The notes beneath the pieces are model-generated. The model was given only the letters and a program-made list of their open reading frames with translations, did no database searches and was not told the DNA's origin. This document shows, one piece after another, positions 1 to 11,735 of a stretch of 64,000 nucleotides of DNA (positions are counted from its first letter, which is position 1; each line of letters begins with the position of its first letter). This stretch comes from Macrostomum lignano (taxonomy: Eukaryota). The stretch lies in assembly GCA_002269645.1 (NCBI GenBank), contig NIVC01001230.1:62001-126000 (forward strand), written 5' to 3'. The position numbers and the translations under genes were made by a program.

Positions 1-685
1 TTTTATTTAGCAGGGTGGCCATGAAGTGTAACAGCCGAGTTGACGGTCTTCTGTTTCCGTGCTCCCTCATACGAAGAATGAAACCGGATCATCGTTTGTG
101 GCATGAAACTTTGATGAGAAATGTTGGCAAAGTTTCCTATGCAGTTGCTTTTATTCCCGCTATCCTAATAACAGGAAAACTGGAATCGAGATTCAATTTA
201 AAAATCGATCACTAAACAGTGTAGAACACAAAAATTGAGGTTGGATTATGCATTTCCCATTGACTTGAATTTCATTTGGTCTGTGTCGAAGAAGGCCTCA
301 ACAAGTCTTTAGTTCTCAAGCTCAAATTCTTTCATCAAGCAAGAAGCCTTAATGCAGGCGTGGGAAAATCTATTTTCTAGTCATGATCAAACTCGGATCA
401 GTTTTCCCTCTCCGTTGCTTTGCATTCGGAATCTTGGCATTATTAAAGATTTATTATTTAAGGCATCGAGCCAGGCAGATGTTGGATGCCTAGCTGTCTC
501 GCGTTGTTATTACAGCTTTTATAATGGGATAAAGTTACCGCGACTTTGTCTAATGTGCTTCACAGGCTACACTGAAGGCTTGTTTTACTTGATGCGACAA
601 ACTCATCTGCAGTTTTAAAGAGATTTGGCCTTGTAATTAATTTTTACGCTTTAGGCAAATTAAATTTCCAGCCTCTATAAACATA

Positions 686-1954
686 TAGCTCGGAACCACT
701 GCAATTTTACCTGCAATAATGTGTCCTACATGTAAAAGTACAGTTCGGAACCACTGCAATTTTACCTGCGATAATGTGTCCTACATGTAAAAGTACAGTT
801 CGGAACCACTGCAATTTTACCTGCAATAATGTGTCCTACATGTAAAAGTACAGTTCGGAACCACTGCAATTTTACCTGCAATAATGTGTCCTACATGTAA
901 AAGTACAGTTCGGAACCACTGCAATTTTACCTGCAATAATGTGTCCTACATGTAAAAGTACAGTTCGGAACCACTGCAATTTTACCTGCGATAATGTGTC
1001 CTACATGTAAAAGTACAGTTCGGAACCACTGCAATTTTACCTGCAATAATGTGTCCTACATGTAAAAGTACAGTTCGGAACCACTGCAATTTTACCTGCA
1101 ATAATGTGTCCTACATGTAAAAGTACAGTTCGGAACCACTGCAATTTTACCTGCAATAATGTGTCCTACATGTAAAAGTACAGCTCGGAACCACTGCAAT
1201 TTTACCTGCAATAATGTGTCCTACATGTAAAAGTACAGTTCGGAACCACTGCAATTTTACCTGCAATAATGTGTCCTACATGTAAAAGTACAGTTCGGAA
1301 CCACTGCAATTTTACCTGCAATAATGTGTCCTACATGTAAAAGTACAGTTCGGAACCACTGCAATTTTACCTGCAATAATGTGTCCTACATGTAAAAGTA
1401 CAGTTCGGAACCACTGCAATTTTACCTGCAATAATGTGTCCTACATGTAAAAGTACAGTTCGGAACCACTGCAATTTTACCTGCGATAATGTGTCCTACA
1501 TGTAAAAAGTACAGTTCGGAACCACTGCAATTTTACCTGCAATAATGTGTCCTACATGTAAAAGTACAGTTCGGAACCACTGCAATTTTACCTGCAATAA
1601 TGTGTCCTACATGTAAAAGTACAGTTCGGAACCACTGCAATTTTACCTGCAATAATGTGTCCTACATGTAAAAGTACAGTTCGGAACCACTGCAATTTTA
1701 CCTGCGATAATGTGTCCTACATGTAAAAAGTACAGTTCGGAACCACTGCAATTTTACCTGCAATAATGTGTCCTACATGTAAAAGTACAGTTCGGAACCA
1801 CTGCAATTTTACCTGCGATAATGTGTCCTACATGTAAAAAGTACAGTTCGGAACCACTGCAATTTTACCTGCAATAATGTGTCCTACATGTAAAAAGTAC
1901 AGTTCGGAACCACTGCAATTTTACCTGCAATAATGTGTCCTACATGTAAAAGTA
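686..1954. repeat. Tandem satellite, 55-bp unit, ~23 copies
   Basis: Unit CAGTTCGGAACCACTGCAATTTTACCTGCAATAATGTGTCCTACATGTAAAAGTA repeated head-to-tail with only occasional A/G or +1A variants; no spacers. Confidence 0.97.
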
Positions 1955-4918
1955 GCATTCGAATCAATCGACTGCCGCCATTTTCAGGAGGATGATTGTA
2001 GACACCCTGGCGCTACGCCTCTGGCAACATGGTCCCAAAACCAGCGCTGAGGCAATTTTGCCATCCGCTGGCTCCTGAGCACATTACACGCGCGCCAATG
2101 CTGTACGCAGGCACACAGCACTCATAAACACGCCCGTACAGGGTGGCTCGCCAAATTTCGTGCACCTAAGCTCCAAATGAATGTGCCTGCGCACGGAATC
2201 AATCAGAAGCGTTTTACCTATGAGCTGCTCTGACCCGATTAACATGTATCCTATTTTCGTTCAAGTATAATTACCTGGGCATTCAGTCTCACCCAGTCAG
2301 TCTGTTACTCCCCAGGGCCCAGAATCAGCCCTCAATCAGACACGCAATAAATATAAGATTGAGAATTTTCCTCTCCCATAAAAAACGTATTTTGAAATGG
2401 GTCGGCCGGCTCCAGAGCCTGAGGCCTGAGGCAGACTCAATAATCCCTTTGAAGCAATTGAATTCTGCCGCGACGTCTCTATCGCGAGGATTTGACAATT
2501 AAACAAACTGTGCTTTGTTGCGACGCGATTCAAACCAAACGCACGCGACCCCGCAATCATGCAATAGCAACTGAAAGTAGTCTGGACAAGTTCCAGGCTT
2601 GATATTGCTGTAAATAGCAATAAGCAACAAATTGATCTTTGACACCAATATACTCAACTCGAGCGGTTGAAATCGTGCGCTTTCTCTCAACTATAGCGTT
2701 TAAACTGTTTCAGAACAATTTTTTAGAAGTACAACAATCATCGGTCTTAAGCAAACTCACTTAGATCCATGTACAGGAATACCGCAGCACGTCGCTTTAT
2801 GTAAGGCCCGTTGCAAAACTTTTTGATTTTAGGGCCACCTGAAAATATCCATCTGCAAAGAACGCTCAATGCTACTTTTAAAAGTCTTATGTTGATGCAG
2901 TTAACCCCTCGTGCTTTACCCCCAAGCATCCACAGAGGAAAAATCTCTGCTTATTAACTTCGAGCAGCAAAGTATCTGGCTTCATTCACTGCATCAACAT
3001 GAATAATTTGCAAGGGCGGACACGCCGAGAGGCCCGTGATGTATGATGACTGAACTGAGCATTAAGGCTGGAGTTGGCAGATGCCAGAGTCAATGAAGTC
3101 CTACATATACGAACTCACATTTGAGTGCGGCCTCACACTTTTAGGTACATGTAGGTAGCTAGGGGAAAACCTTCGGATTTTGGAAAGAGACTTATCCAGC
3201 GTTAATCCCGAGTGGATTCGGTATAGTATCTAGTGAGCATGAAACATCTAAAAATTCACTTCACAAACACTTCAAAATGCATTGCTTAGAGTTTCTAATT
3301 TCGCAAAACAAATAACCATTCTACTGAAAAATGCTTGCTGTGCTTCCCTAAGATTGTCATTGGTCTCATTGTTTGTTAAAATGCTTGCTTCTAAAAGCGA
3401 ACTATTGATATATTTGGGAAAGCTAGTCCATAATAGGTTTTGTCCATTTTTTCTGTCTATTATTTGGAAGACTTTTTGAGGCACTACTCTCACAGCAGCA
3501 TGAAAAACAGTCAAAAAGCTCTTATCACAATGGGCACAGGCAATTTCAGTTAGTTTTCAAGGGTGACTGTGCTATTGTTGCCAGCATTGATTCTGTCCAT
3601 CAATGGAGTTAAATTGGCTGGTAGCTAGACATTGTTTGCTATATTTTTCCAAGCATTATATGGTTGAAACGCTGAAACTAGCTCCTAACAATGACACACT
3701 TTCAGTGCCTCGATGACTGCAGAAGGCTTTCAACTCATGTTGGAACTCATCGGAGAGAATTAAGGGCAACTGCGATCAGCCTTGGCTGTTGCCAGTTGGC
3801 TCAAAGCGACTCAGGGGAATCGAACCAAAACAAAAAAAATCGACCGATCTTTTTCTTTCGGAGCGGCAAGTCAACAATTTGCTTCCCAGTTGGCTTTTCT
3901 CTGACAGCTAATGCTTGTTCCGCTATTAGAAAGTCACAAGAGGCTTGACGGAGGGCTTGAAAAGAACTCGTGGAGTGGCGGAGGCAGCAGCCCGCTCTCC
4001 CTGCTGCTTTACTTTTCGAATGCCGAATCGACGTTCGACTCTCTGGTTCCTCTTTCGCATTGCTTTCTTCCCTGCCAACTTCCACTTTCCGGATTCCCCC
4101 TAATGGGAGCAGACGGGTCAAGATTGTTGGCTGAGTCTCGCCAACTCAAACACGGCAGAGGCTTCGTCCGTTTGTCGGCCGTCTTCCATTCACGATCCCC
4201 CCGATTGGCTCTGCGCTCCCACTATTCAGAGACACGAGGCTCTCTTTCACCCTTTCCGGGCGGGGACGCCTCTCACTGGCGGCGAAGACCCATCATTTAA
4301 GCTTCGTCTTTGACGGCAGGGAAGGCTTGCGGTGCTTTGGTCCCCTATACTCACGACTCATCCCCGAAAAGCTTTTGCTCGTAGCTTGAAGGTCCCTGCT
4401 GCCAAGCCCTTTGGTGAGTAAATTAATTTAGCCTGGCTCAGAATTTAGACTCTTCACTGCAGCATCAAAGGCCCTTCTCAGTCTTCATGCAATCGCAGGG
4501 TTGAAGATTCGCTCATACAATATCAATATTGCCATATCATGTTTGATTTTTAAATCTTTGTTCTGCTTTTTTCGTCCAAATTAATTAAAGCTCAAGCTCA
4601 TAGCTCAATGAGATGGCGCACGTGAGCACAGCGTGCGCACAAGGAAAATAAAGATTATGGAACGAATGGAAACTTTTTTCTAATCTCTAGCAGCTGCGGC
4701 TGGCTCAGCAAGGTTCTTTCAGAGGTTGATGGATCGTCTGCTCCAGGCGTCTCTCTCAAACCCATCCTTTCCTTTTAAGCCTTCTTAGTCGGCAGCTGCA
4801 GTGTTCCAGAGAAATATTCCAACACAGCCAACCTCGCTGCATCATTTTTTTCAGAGCCTAATTAGAAGCCGCTGCGTCTCGCACCGACTAGCTGGGTACT
4901 CCTGACGCCGAGCTCGCC

Positions 4919-5718
4919 ATGGGCAGATCGCTACTTTGGTGCCTTCTGATCGGCAGCCTGGCTGCCAGTGAAGCCTTCGCGGTACGGCGCTTCAATTTTC
5001 ATTGCTCAATTTCACTTTGCGACCCTGAACCGTCCGAGCGAAAAAATTAATTACTTCGGTTGGTAGTGATTATAGTGGAGCGTCTTGGGGACTCATCTCG
5101 AGGGTCGATGGGATCCCCGAAGGGTCGATATTCTGAAGAGCGCTCCCCAGCTAGCTCCCACTGCGTGGTCCGTTGGGCGTTGGGGAGCGACGGTAGGGTT
5201 TAAATTTCCTTCCATCGGCTTATCAGTAGTCACGGCTCAGCTGCCGCTGTTGCAGCTCCATTCAGTTTGACCATCGATCTGCTTCTCGGCGGATTGATTG
5301 GACTCGGATTTCGCATGAGATCGGGTCTGAGCACCGATGTGCTCTTCCCTCAGTAGCTTTTATTTACTACTTCTCATAATAAATATTAATGGACTGTTTT
5401 TTTTCTTGCACACCGCAGGCTCCGAAAGAATATGGTGCTCGACACCACTCCGATAAGTCCAGTTTATCAAAGACAAAGAAGTTTGACCCACTGCTATCCA
5501 CGAAGAGGTTCGACCCACTGCTGTCTATGAAGAGGTTCGACCCACTGCTGTCTATGAAGAGGTTCGACCCACTGCTGTCCATGAAGAGGTTCGACCCACT
5601 GCTGTCCATGAAGAGGTTCGACCCACTGCTGTCTATGAAGCGATACGACCCGTTGCTTTTCCGGAAGCGCTACGACCCGCTTCTTTTCCGCAAGCGCTAC
5701 GACCCGCTGCTGTTTTAG
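4919..5718 (+). CDS. Neuropeptide precursor (FDPLLSM/YDPLLF peptides), 2 coding exons 4919-4981 + 5419-5718, ~120 aa
   Basis: Exon 1 encodes signal peptide MGRSLLWCLLIGSLAASEAFA followed by GT (4982). The CAG acceptor at 5416-5418 joins in phase 0. Exon 2 has 9 short peptides separated by KK/KR/RKR: FDPLLST, 5x FDPLLSM, 3x YDPLLF. Confidence 0.92.
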
Positions 5719-7110
5719 AAATGAGCATTTCTAAATGACCCAAAATGTTCATGAGAAACAGCGCACTCAAATGATAACTCTGAACATTACTAGACCCAAA
5801 GAAAGAACATTAAAGTCAAGAAGATTCGAAATGACGCGCCCGAAATATACATATCCCAATGTCTCGAGTGAAGGAAGACTACGCCATTGAGAAACCTAGT
5901 GCTTCTCCGTCTCTGCAGTTTACTCCACGGGTTTATGCCACGGGTTTAATTAATCCGACCGCAAGTCATACGCATTGGAAAATTTATTCTTACAAGGTTA
6001 GAAAATTTCAAATGGAGCACCAGAAACTTTGGTCCTATTCGAATTTCTCTGCCCCCTCAATGCCCCTGGGCATCAGAAAGCCAGAAGGGACAACAAATGA
6101 ATGAAAACACCAGCAAAATTGGCTTGGGGACTGCTGTGACCCTTGAGACGCATGGATCAAGAATTCAACTGCGAGATTAATCCTTGAGTAGCAACCGCAG
6201 GATCAAGAGTGCCGGAGTTTATTTGCTAAGAATGATGCGTTGAAATGCAGTCAAAGCTGTTACATTTTTATCAAGCGTATATTACTACTTATGGATAGTA
6301 AGAAGGGTTTGATATGATGCATTGCTTGAATTTTGGCCAACCAAGTTTTTAACAGTCGTCATGCAGTACTAACCAAATTGCAAAAGACGTGCGTCAAATC
6401 CGCGAAGACTCGAATGCCTTCCAACCGCATCAGGTCACTTTTATAAATTAACAGCCATATCAGAATCACGCGGCCTGGACTAGTTAGTTCACTGGCTGAG
6501 TTCCCATTGCACCACTCATGGAGCATGGAATACATGTGCAACCATTGAGCCGGCCTTGGCACCGTTGAGTAGGACAGATGTTTTTGAGCTCCACACCACC
6601 TCTCGCAGCTGAGATATCGTCGTGTCCTCACATCTCATGCCGATAATGCTAAACTTGCATTCAGAAATAGAAGCGTTTGTGTCTGCAACCCAACACCGCG
6701 TTTGAATGCAATCAATGGACAACAAAACTGAGTGAGAATGGATTTCTTAGAGAATATTTCAATGAAAATTGCTCCAAAGGTGAATCTGAAGCATACTTCG
6801 TAGAATTAGAAATTCTCATCAGCCCTACCTGCATTACTTTTCTTCTTTAAGTGGTTCTGAAATATTTAACAAGAGCTTCTGAAAAATCCAAGAACAGTGA
6901 AGATCTTCAATACACTTAGGAGCTCTTCTGCACTCTAACTTATGCCCTTGGATCGTTGACTGAATGAGCGACACTTGAATTTCTCCTAACTTTTTGTTTT
7001 CAATTTACCAATTTACCAACCCAGTTGGTTGCCTGGGAACCACAGGTTGGCTTTGAGTAATGAATGTAAAAGCAAAATGCGTGTCCGAGGCTGACTGAGC
7101 AGGCACCTGC

Positions 7111-7450
7111 AAGCAATTCCCAGCCAAGCCTTGCTGCTCCTGGCACTTTGCTCTCTGTCTCTGCTGCAGCCATCCTGCCGTCGGGCTACACGCCGCTCCG
7201 TATCTGACCACCTGCCTGAAGTGTTCGTAGAAAGTCCAGTCGTCGACTTCACGCAGGGAGCCGTCGGGTGCACAGAAAAGATCGCGCTGGAGCTGCCGAT
7301 GGAGCTGCTTTGCGCTCGCGAGTGCCGGGAGAAGCTCGACTGCGTTGGCTTCTACTTCAACCCGCTGCGTGCTTTGATGCTGCAGTAGAGCTTCCGTACA
7401 AGTCGGATGCTGAGATGGCTTCGATTAAGAAAATTGCCTCGAATCTCTGA
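7111..7450 (+). pseudogene. Internally deleted paralog of the C-type lectin/PAN gene at 9761
   Basis: Near-identical to 9741-9861 (ATG replaced by TTG at 7131), then jumps to the PAN-domain sequence of ~10540-10690, then a frameshifted C-terminal tail (FDAAVELPYKSDAEMASIKKIASNL) homologous to exon 3. The CTL domain and both introns are absent. Confidence 0.85.
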
Positions 7451-7839
7451 GAAATCTTTGGATTTTTAATGACTGTCACAATGATACAACGTTTTATAAT
7501 ATCGTAATATTTGGTACTTACAGGGATTGGCACTTGCATTGTGAGAATAGCAAAAGTGAGCTAGTCGTAAGTTCTTATGTCATGCAGAAAACTTTCTATT
7601 ACATCAGATAAATATAGTGAAAGTTTACCTCAACCCAAACCATAACCCTAACCCGTGTAACGGAGAAGCGCTTAGTGTGATATTCCTTGTTTTATAATTA
7701 ATTTTTACCAGGTGGGCTGTGGGGTGTGCAAGGCGCTCAAGATGCAACGGAAAAAAAGGAAGACATCGAATTCTAGCAAAGAAGCAATCATAGGAGACAA
7801 AATTAGCACTGTGCGTAAGAACTCAAAGCTCCACCGTCA

Positions 7840-8170
7840 AATTCTGGTGCACCGGCTCATGGGCAGTGCGACACGATGACGTGGCCTGCTTAGCTGGTGT
7901 CGCCGACGGCACAACAGGTCGCTTAGATGAACCAGGTCGGCGCAGCGATCGAGTGTCGCGTTGGTGACTCGCTCGTAGCCGATCTTGAATGCGGCGCGCA
8001 GCAGGTCAGCGTCTGCTTCCTCGACGTTGTACAGCAGGACGGTCCAGATCACCGACTGCCGGAAGGCTCTCACACTTGTTTTACGAGTATTAGAAGCAGG
8101 GGCTGCGTGCACCCTGGCGCAAGTTGATGCGACATTGTCACACCACCGGCGGGAGGCATTGCTGCCCATT
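7840..8170 (-). mobile_element. Degraded RTE-type non-LTR retrotransposon fragment (post-RT C-terminal region)
   Basis: Minus-strand FRQSVIWTVLLYNVE...LLRAAFKIGYERVTNATLDRCADLVHLSDLLCRRRHQL followed by frameshifted GHVI. This resembles the TVLLY..E / LLR....I...RVTN..L / ..RR.....GH pattern of RTE ORFs. Confidence 0.6.
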
Positions 8171-8947
8171 CCACCGACTCCCCTGAGCAGGCACACCAGC
8201 GCGCGTATACGTACGCAGTCATACGCACAGGTGCACACTCACACGGGAGTGTAAAGCGGCCCTGACATTTTTATCGTTAGAATTTTCAATTTTCTTTAAT
8301 CGAGTCTTTGCAGCTCCTTGTAAGTTTTTAATACACTCGAACTTGAAAACCAACTTGATGTCTTCAGCTTAAGCAGCATCACTGTATACGCAAGGCTAAA
8401 ATAGGCACAAACTAACTGTATTTCAAAATTAAATCGCCGATTACTTAAAGTAGCAAGGAAAGAATATTGCTAAGTTTTTGTCTGAAGCTGCTTCAAAATG
8501 AGAAACTTCAAAATGAAAATTAGATGAACTTCCAGCGCATAGATACGAGTACTAGGCTCAGTATGGCTTAAGGGTGGCTGAAAGCTTGGCATTTGTGTTT
8601 TACAGTGCCAGCGAGTTAGAGTAAGAAAATGGAGAGCATGAAAAATTAAGCTCAGAATTTTTGTTTCATCCCAAAAGGATCTGGAGCTGCCTGCGATGCT
8701 TGCAGTGCGCCTTGCAGCTGCTGCTGTGTTTTGTCGCATTCCTTTTTTGCCACCAGGATGCCTTGGCTTGCCTGCGTGGTTGCCGTGTGCATTCAGTTGT
8801 GAATTCTCAACAGCATAACTCAGAACCCTCTCAGTGGTTTGCACCTATTGTTCTCTTCTGTAAGCTGCCTGAGAAAATTGGAAGCTGCATCTGAAAATGG
8901 GAATCCAAAGTTTTAGCAATCGATCATGTAAAATTAGCCTGAGGAGC

Positions 8948-9596
8948 TGAGGAGCTGAAGTTGGTGCCTCCGGCTCCTCTCTCGGCCCCGAACCTCTTGT
9001 CCCGATTCCTGGCTGTGTCATCGACTCGCGCATCAAAGCGTGGATCAGGACTCAGCACCGCTCGACTTGGGCGAACCGCACGAACTGCAGGCAATCCAGA
9101 GACGCTGTCCCTCAGCCCTCTCACCAGCTCCGGAAGCTCCTCTTGCGCCTCTCGCGCAGAGACATCCGGGCTGCCACCATGACCCTCTCTGGTCACGGCT
9201 GCTTCTCCAGGCACCAGTACCTGCAGGGCAACGCCACCAACGCCACCTGTAGCTTCTGCAACTCAGGTGACGAAACCGCTGAGCATTTCGTCAGCATCTG
9301 TCCCGCCTTCACGCGGGCCAGACTCACTTACCTCGGGCCACACACATCTATTACTGAAGCGTGCAAACCCGAAAACTTTAATCAGCTCATGCGCTACCTT
9401 CGGGCCACCCGCAGGGCTGAACTCTCCTTTCCAGAGAGCACCATAGCTGCTGGCGACACTGGGGGACCTCCCTGGGCGGCGCCAACCCTCCGTCCATAGC
9501 GACGCGTCGGCCGTTCAGGGACTAGCGGAATGGGCGCCCGCGCCTTCCCGCTGTGTCCCCTTCGGGACAGCCCTGCAGCTAAGTCAAGTAAGTCAA
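8948..9596 (+). mobile_element. 5'-truncated LINE (I/R1/LOA-like) 3' end with zinc knuckle and short tandem tail
   Basis: Frame reads GPEPLVPIPG..IKAWIRTQHRSTW..CRQ..LLRLSRRDIRAATMTLSGHG...CSFCNSGDETAEHFVSICP (C-terminal CCHC). Ends in an AAGTC/AAGT tail. Candidate 7-bp TSD GAGGAGC at 8941-8947 and 9597-9603. Confidence 0.8.
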
Positions 9597-9760
9597 GAGG
9601 AGCCCTTTGTTTGAAAAATAATGACGCTGCGCCTCCCTGCTGTTTTTCCGCTGCACCAGCCAGGCTTTGCCTATATTAAGTCTTCCCGAGCCCAGAGCTT
9701 AGCCCAGCCAGACTACTTTGCGCGCAACAATCCTGCAGTGAAGCAATTCCCAGCCAAACC

Positions 9761-10961
9761 ATGCTGCTGCTCCTGGCACTTTGCTCTCTGTCTCTGCTGC
9801 AGCCGGTCCAGCCATCCTGCCCGTCGGGCTACACGGCCGCTCCGAACCTGACCACCTGCCTCAGCGGCTCAGTGGCTACCGACGTCAACTATTGCCAGTG
9901 CCTGAAAACCTGCGCCCAGCTGGGCCAGCGAATTCTGCAGCCCGACACGTACGCGGCAGTTCGGCTCAGCCTCGGAGAAGTTTGGACCGGCATCAACGAC
10001 CAGCTGGTCGAGCGAGGCTCGAGTCCCACCGGATGGCAGGTGTGGCTTTTTGGATAGCTAAAGATTACACAGCAGTTCACAAGTACGTCTATAAATTAAT
10101 CATAAAAAGATGTTCATAGGGCAAAAGCGGATAATAAAAAAGGGCGGTTCGAAAGCGGGTAATGATCAAACTTGCCACCTCTCTACGTCTTGGTTTTCTC
10201 CTGTTAACCCTATGGAACTGTGTGAGAATTCAATATGAGTTTTGCCTAAGCTAATATTTCCGTTCCCAAGAATCACTTAGGATGTTTAATTTTCTCGCTA
10301 TATCCAACAGAACTCGCAACCTACTCAATGCTTCTATCAGGTCGTACCCAACCGTGCCGGCTCGCTGCTCACCCTGACGGATCTCTGGAACACTGGCCAG
10401 CCGGACGGCACCTCCATCGAGGACTGCGTAAATCACAACCCGACCACAAAGAAGCTGCACGACGCTGGATGCACTGCTACAATCGCCTGCAGGTGCGAGC
10501 ACCCGATGGGAGACGAGCGACCCGTGCCGGCTCACTACGAGCTGTTCGTAGAAAGTCCAGTCGTCGACTTCACGCAGGGAGCCGTCGGGTGCACAGAAAA
10601 GATCGCACTGGAGCTGCCGATTGAGCTGCTTTGCGCTGGCGAGTGCCGGGAGAAGCTCGGCTGCGTTGGCTTCTACTTCAACCCGCTGCGCCGGTACGAT
10701 AAACAACGCTATTGGCTGTGGTTCCTAGGGACTGATTCTGGGAAAATCGAGTATGGAGCCCTTCAACCTTAGTTTTCCATCTCACCGGGGTCTGAATCTC
10801 ATCTCAGAAGCTTTTACATGCATCATGCATAATTCCTGCACTCTGCCGCAACCCGCAGGGAGTGCGTGCTGCTGCTGTACATGGACGCGGCTGTCAGCCT
10901 CAGTTACAGCTCGCCGGCTGAGCAGGCTGCTTGGATTAAGAAAATTGCCGTCCATATGTGA
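9761..10961 (+). CDS. Secreted C-type lectin (QPD) + PAN/apple-like domain protein; exons 9761-10039, 10341-10693, 10859-10961; 244 aa
   Basis: Signal peptide, CTL motifs WTGIND and WNTGQPD..EDC, then C-x3-C..C.GFYFN..ECVLL PAN-like cysteines. GT-AG introns with matching phases 0 and 2; total 735 nt. TATA-like CTATATTAA near 9671. Confidence 0.88.
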
Positions 10962-11354
10962 CACAGCCGGCATTGGTGAATGGACGAAATCTGAACAGCT
11001 AAATTAAGAACTCGTGCAAATCTCAATTGGCAAATAAAATCACTCTTATAGCTAAACTGAGTTTGACAGATAAACTCAATCCTAATAATTTCTTAGCACT
11101 GGGTGGTGATGGTGATGCTTTGTTCGCAAGTTTGTTACTATAGAAGGACTGACTCATAGTTCTGTTCTGTCTTTTCTGCTATTCGGTTGAGATTAAACCG
11201 CGTCTTAGTGTCCTATATCCACAGTTATCAATTAATCATTGAAATTTTATTACCAACGAAGCGTATATTTCAGGGCAGAAGGTCATTTCGAACCGACAGT
11301 TTTTACTAATAAAATAAAAACTAATACATATTTCTGCTACTGAAGTGGAAGGTA

Positions 11355-11606
11355 GGATGCTACTCACGATTTTCCTAGAAATGAGCTTGGACGCATATTT
11401 TTCGCATTGCTAGTACATTTAATTTGCTCTGAAAGGCGCATACTGCTGAATGGGGGTTTGCCATGGTCAAATACAGTCGAAAAAATCCGCTGTGGAAAAT
11501 CTGATTTAACGGGCGCTTTCTACGAGCGCAAATGCACTAGCAATGCGAAAAATGTACGCTCCTTCCCGCCCCAGCTGATTTCTAGGAAAATCTAGTGTAG
11601 CGTCCC
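11355..11606. mobile_element. MITE-like element (~250 bp) with imperfect ~65-bp terminal inverted repeats
   Basis: GGATGCTACTCACGATTTTCCTAGAAAT...TTTTTCGCATTGCTAGTACATTT is mirrored by AAATGCACTAGCAATGCGAAAAA...ATTTCTAGGAAAATCTAGTGTAGCGTCC. No clear TSD. Confidence 0.65.
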
Positions 11607-11735
11607 TGATCCAATTCAGTTGTCCATGCCTAACACTATGACAGCAGCTGTTAAATCTATGTTTTAGTTAATATTTCAACTCTCTAAGTTACTCAAGTTC
11701 GTTTTGAAGATCAGCTTCATCTAAGGCTTCATCAA

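Noticed and set aside
686-1954. CRISPR-like array
   Set aside because: Units are contiguous with no unique spacers; eukaryotic context; no cas genes. The same applies to the 33/34-bp arrays at 40964-41382.
2336-3514. Possible decayed transposase/THAP fragments in short ORFs
   Set aside because: No motif convincing enough by eye.
7631-7654. Telomeric CCCTAA tract
   Set aside because: Only one or two exact units; too short to call.
7837-8238. Distal M3/M4 exon of the nAChR-like gene (which would nest the lectins in an intron)
   Set aside because: True M3 and M4 exons were found at 14219-14014 and 13813-13613; this segment fits an RTE remnant better.
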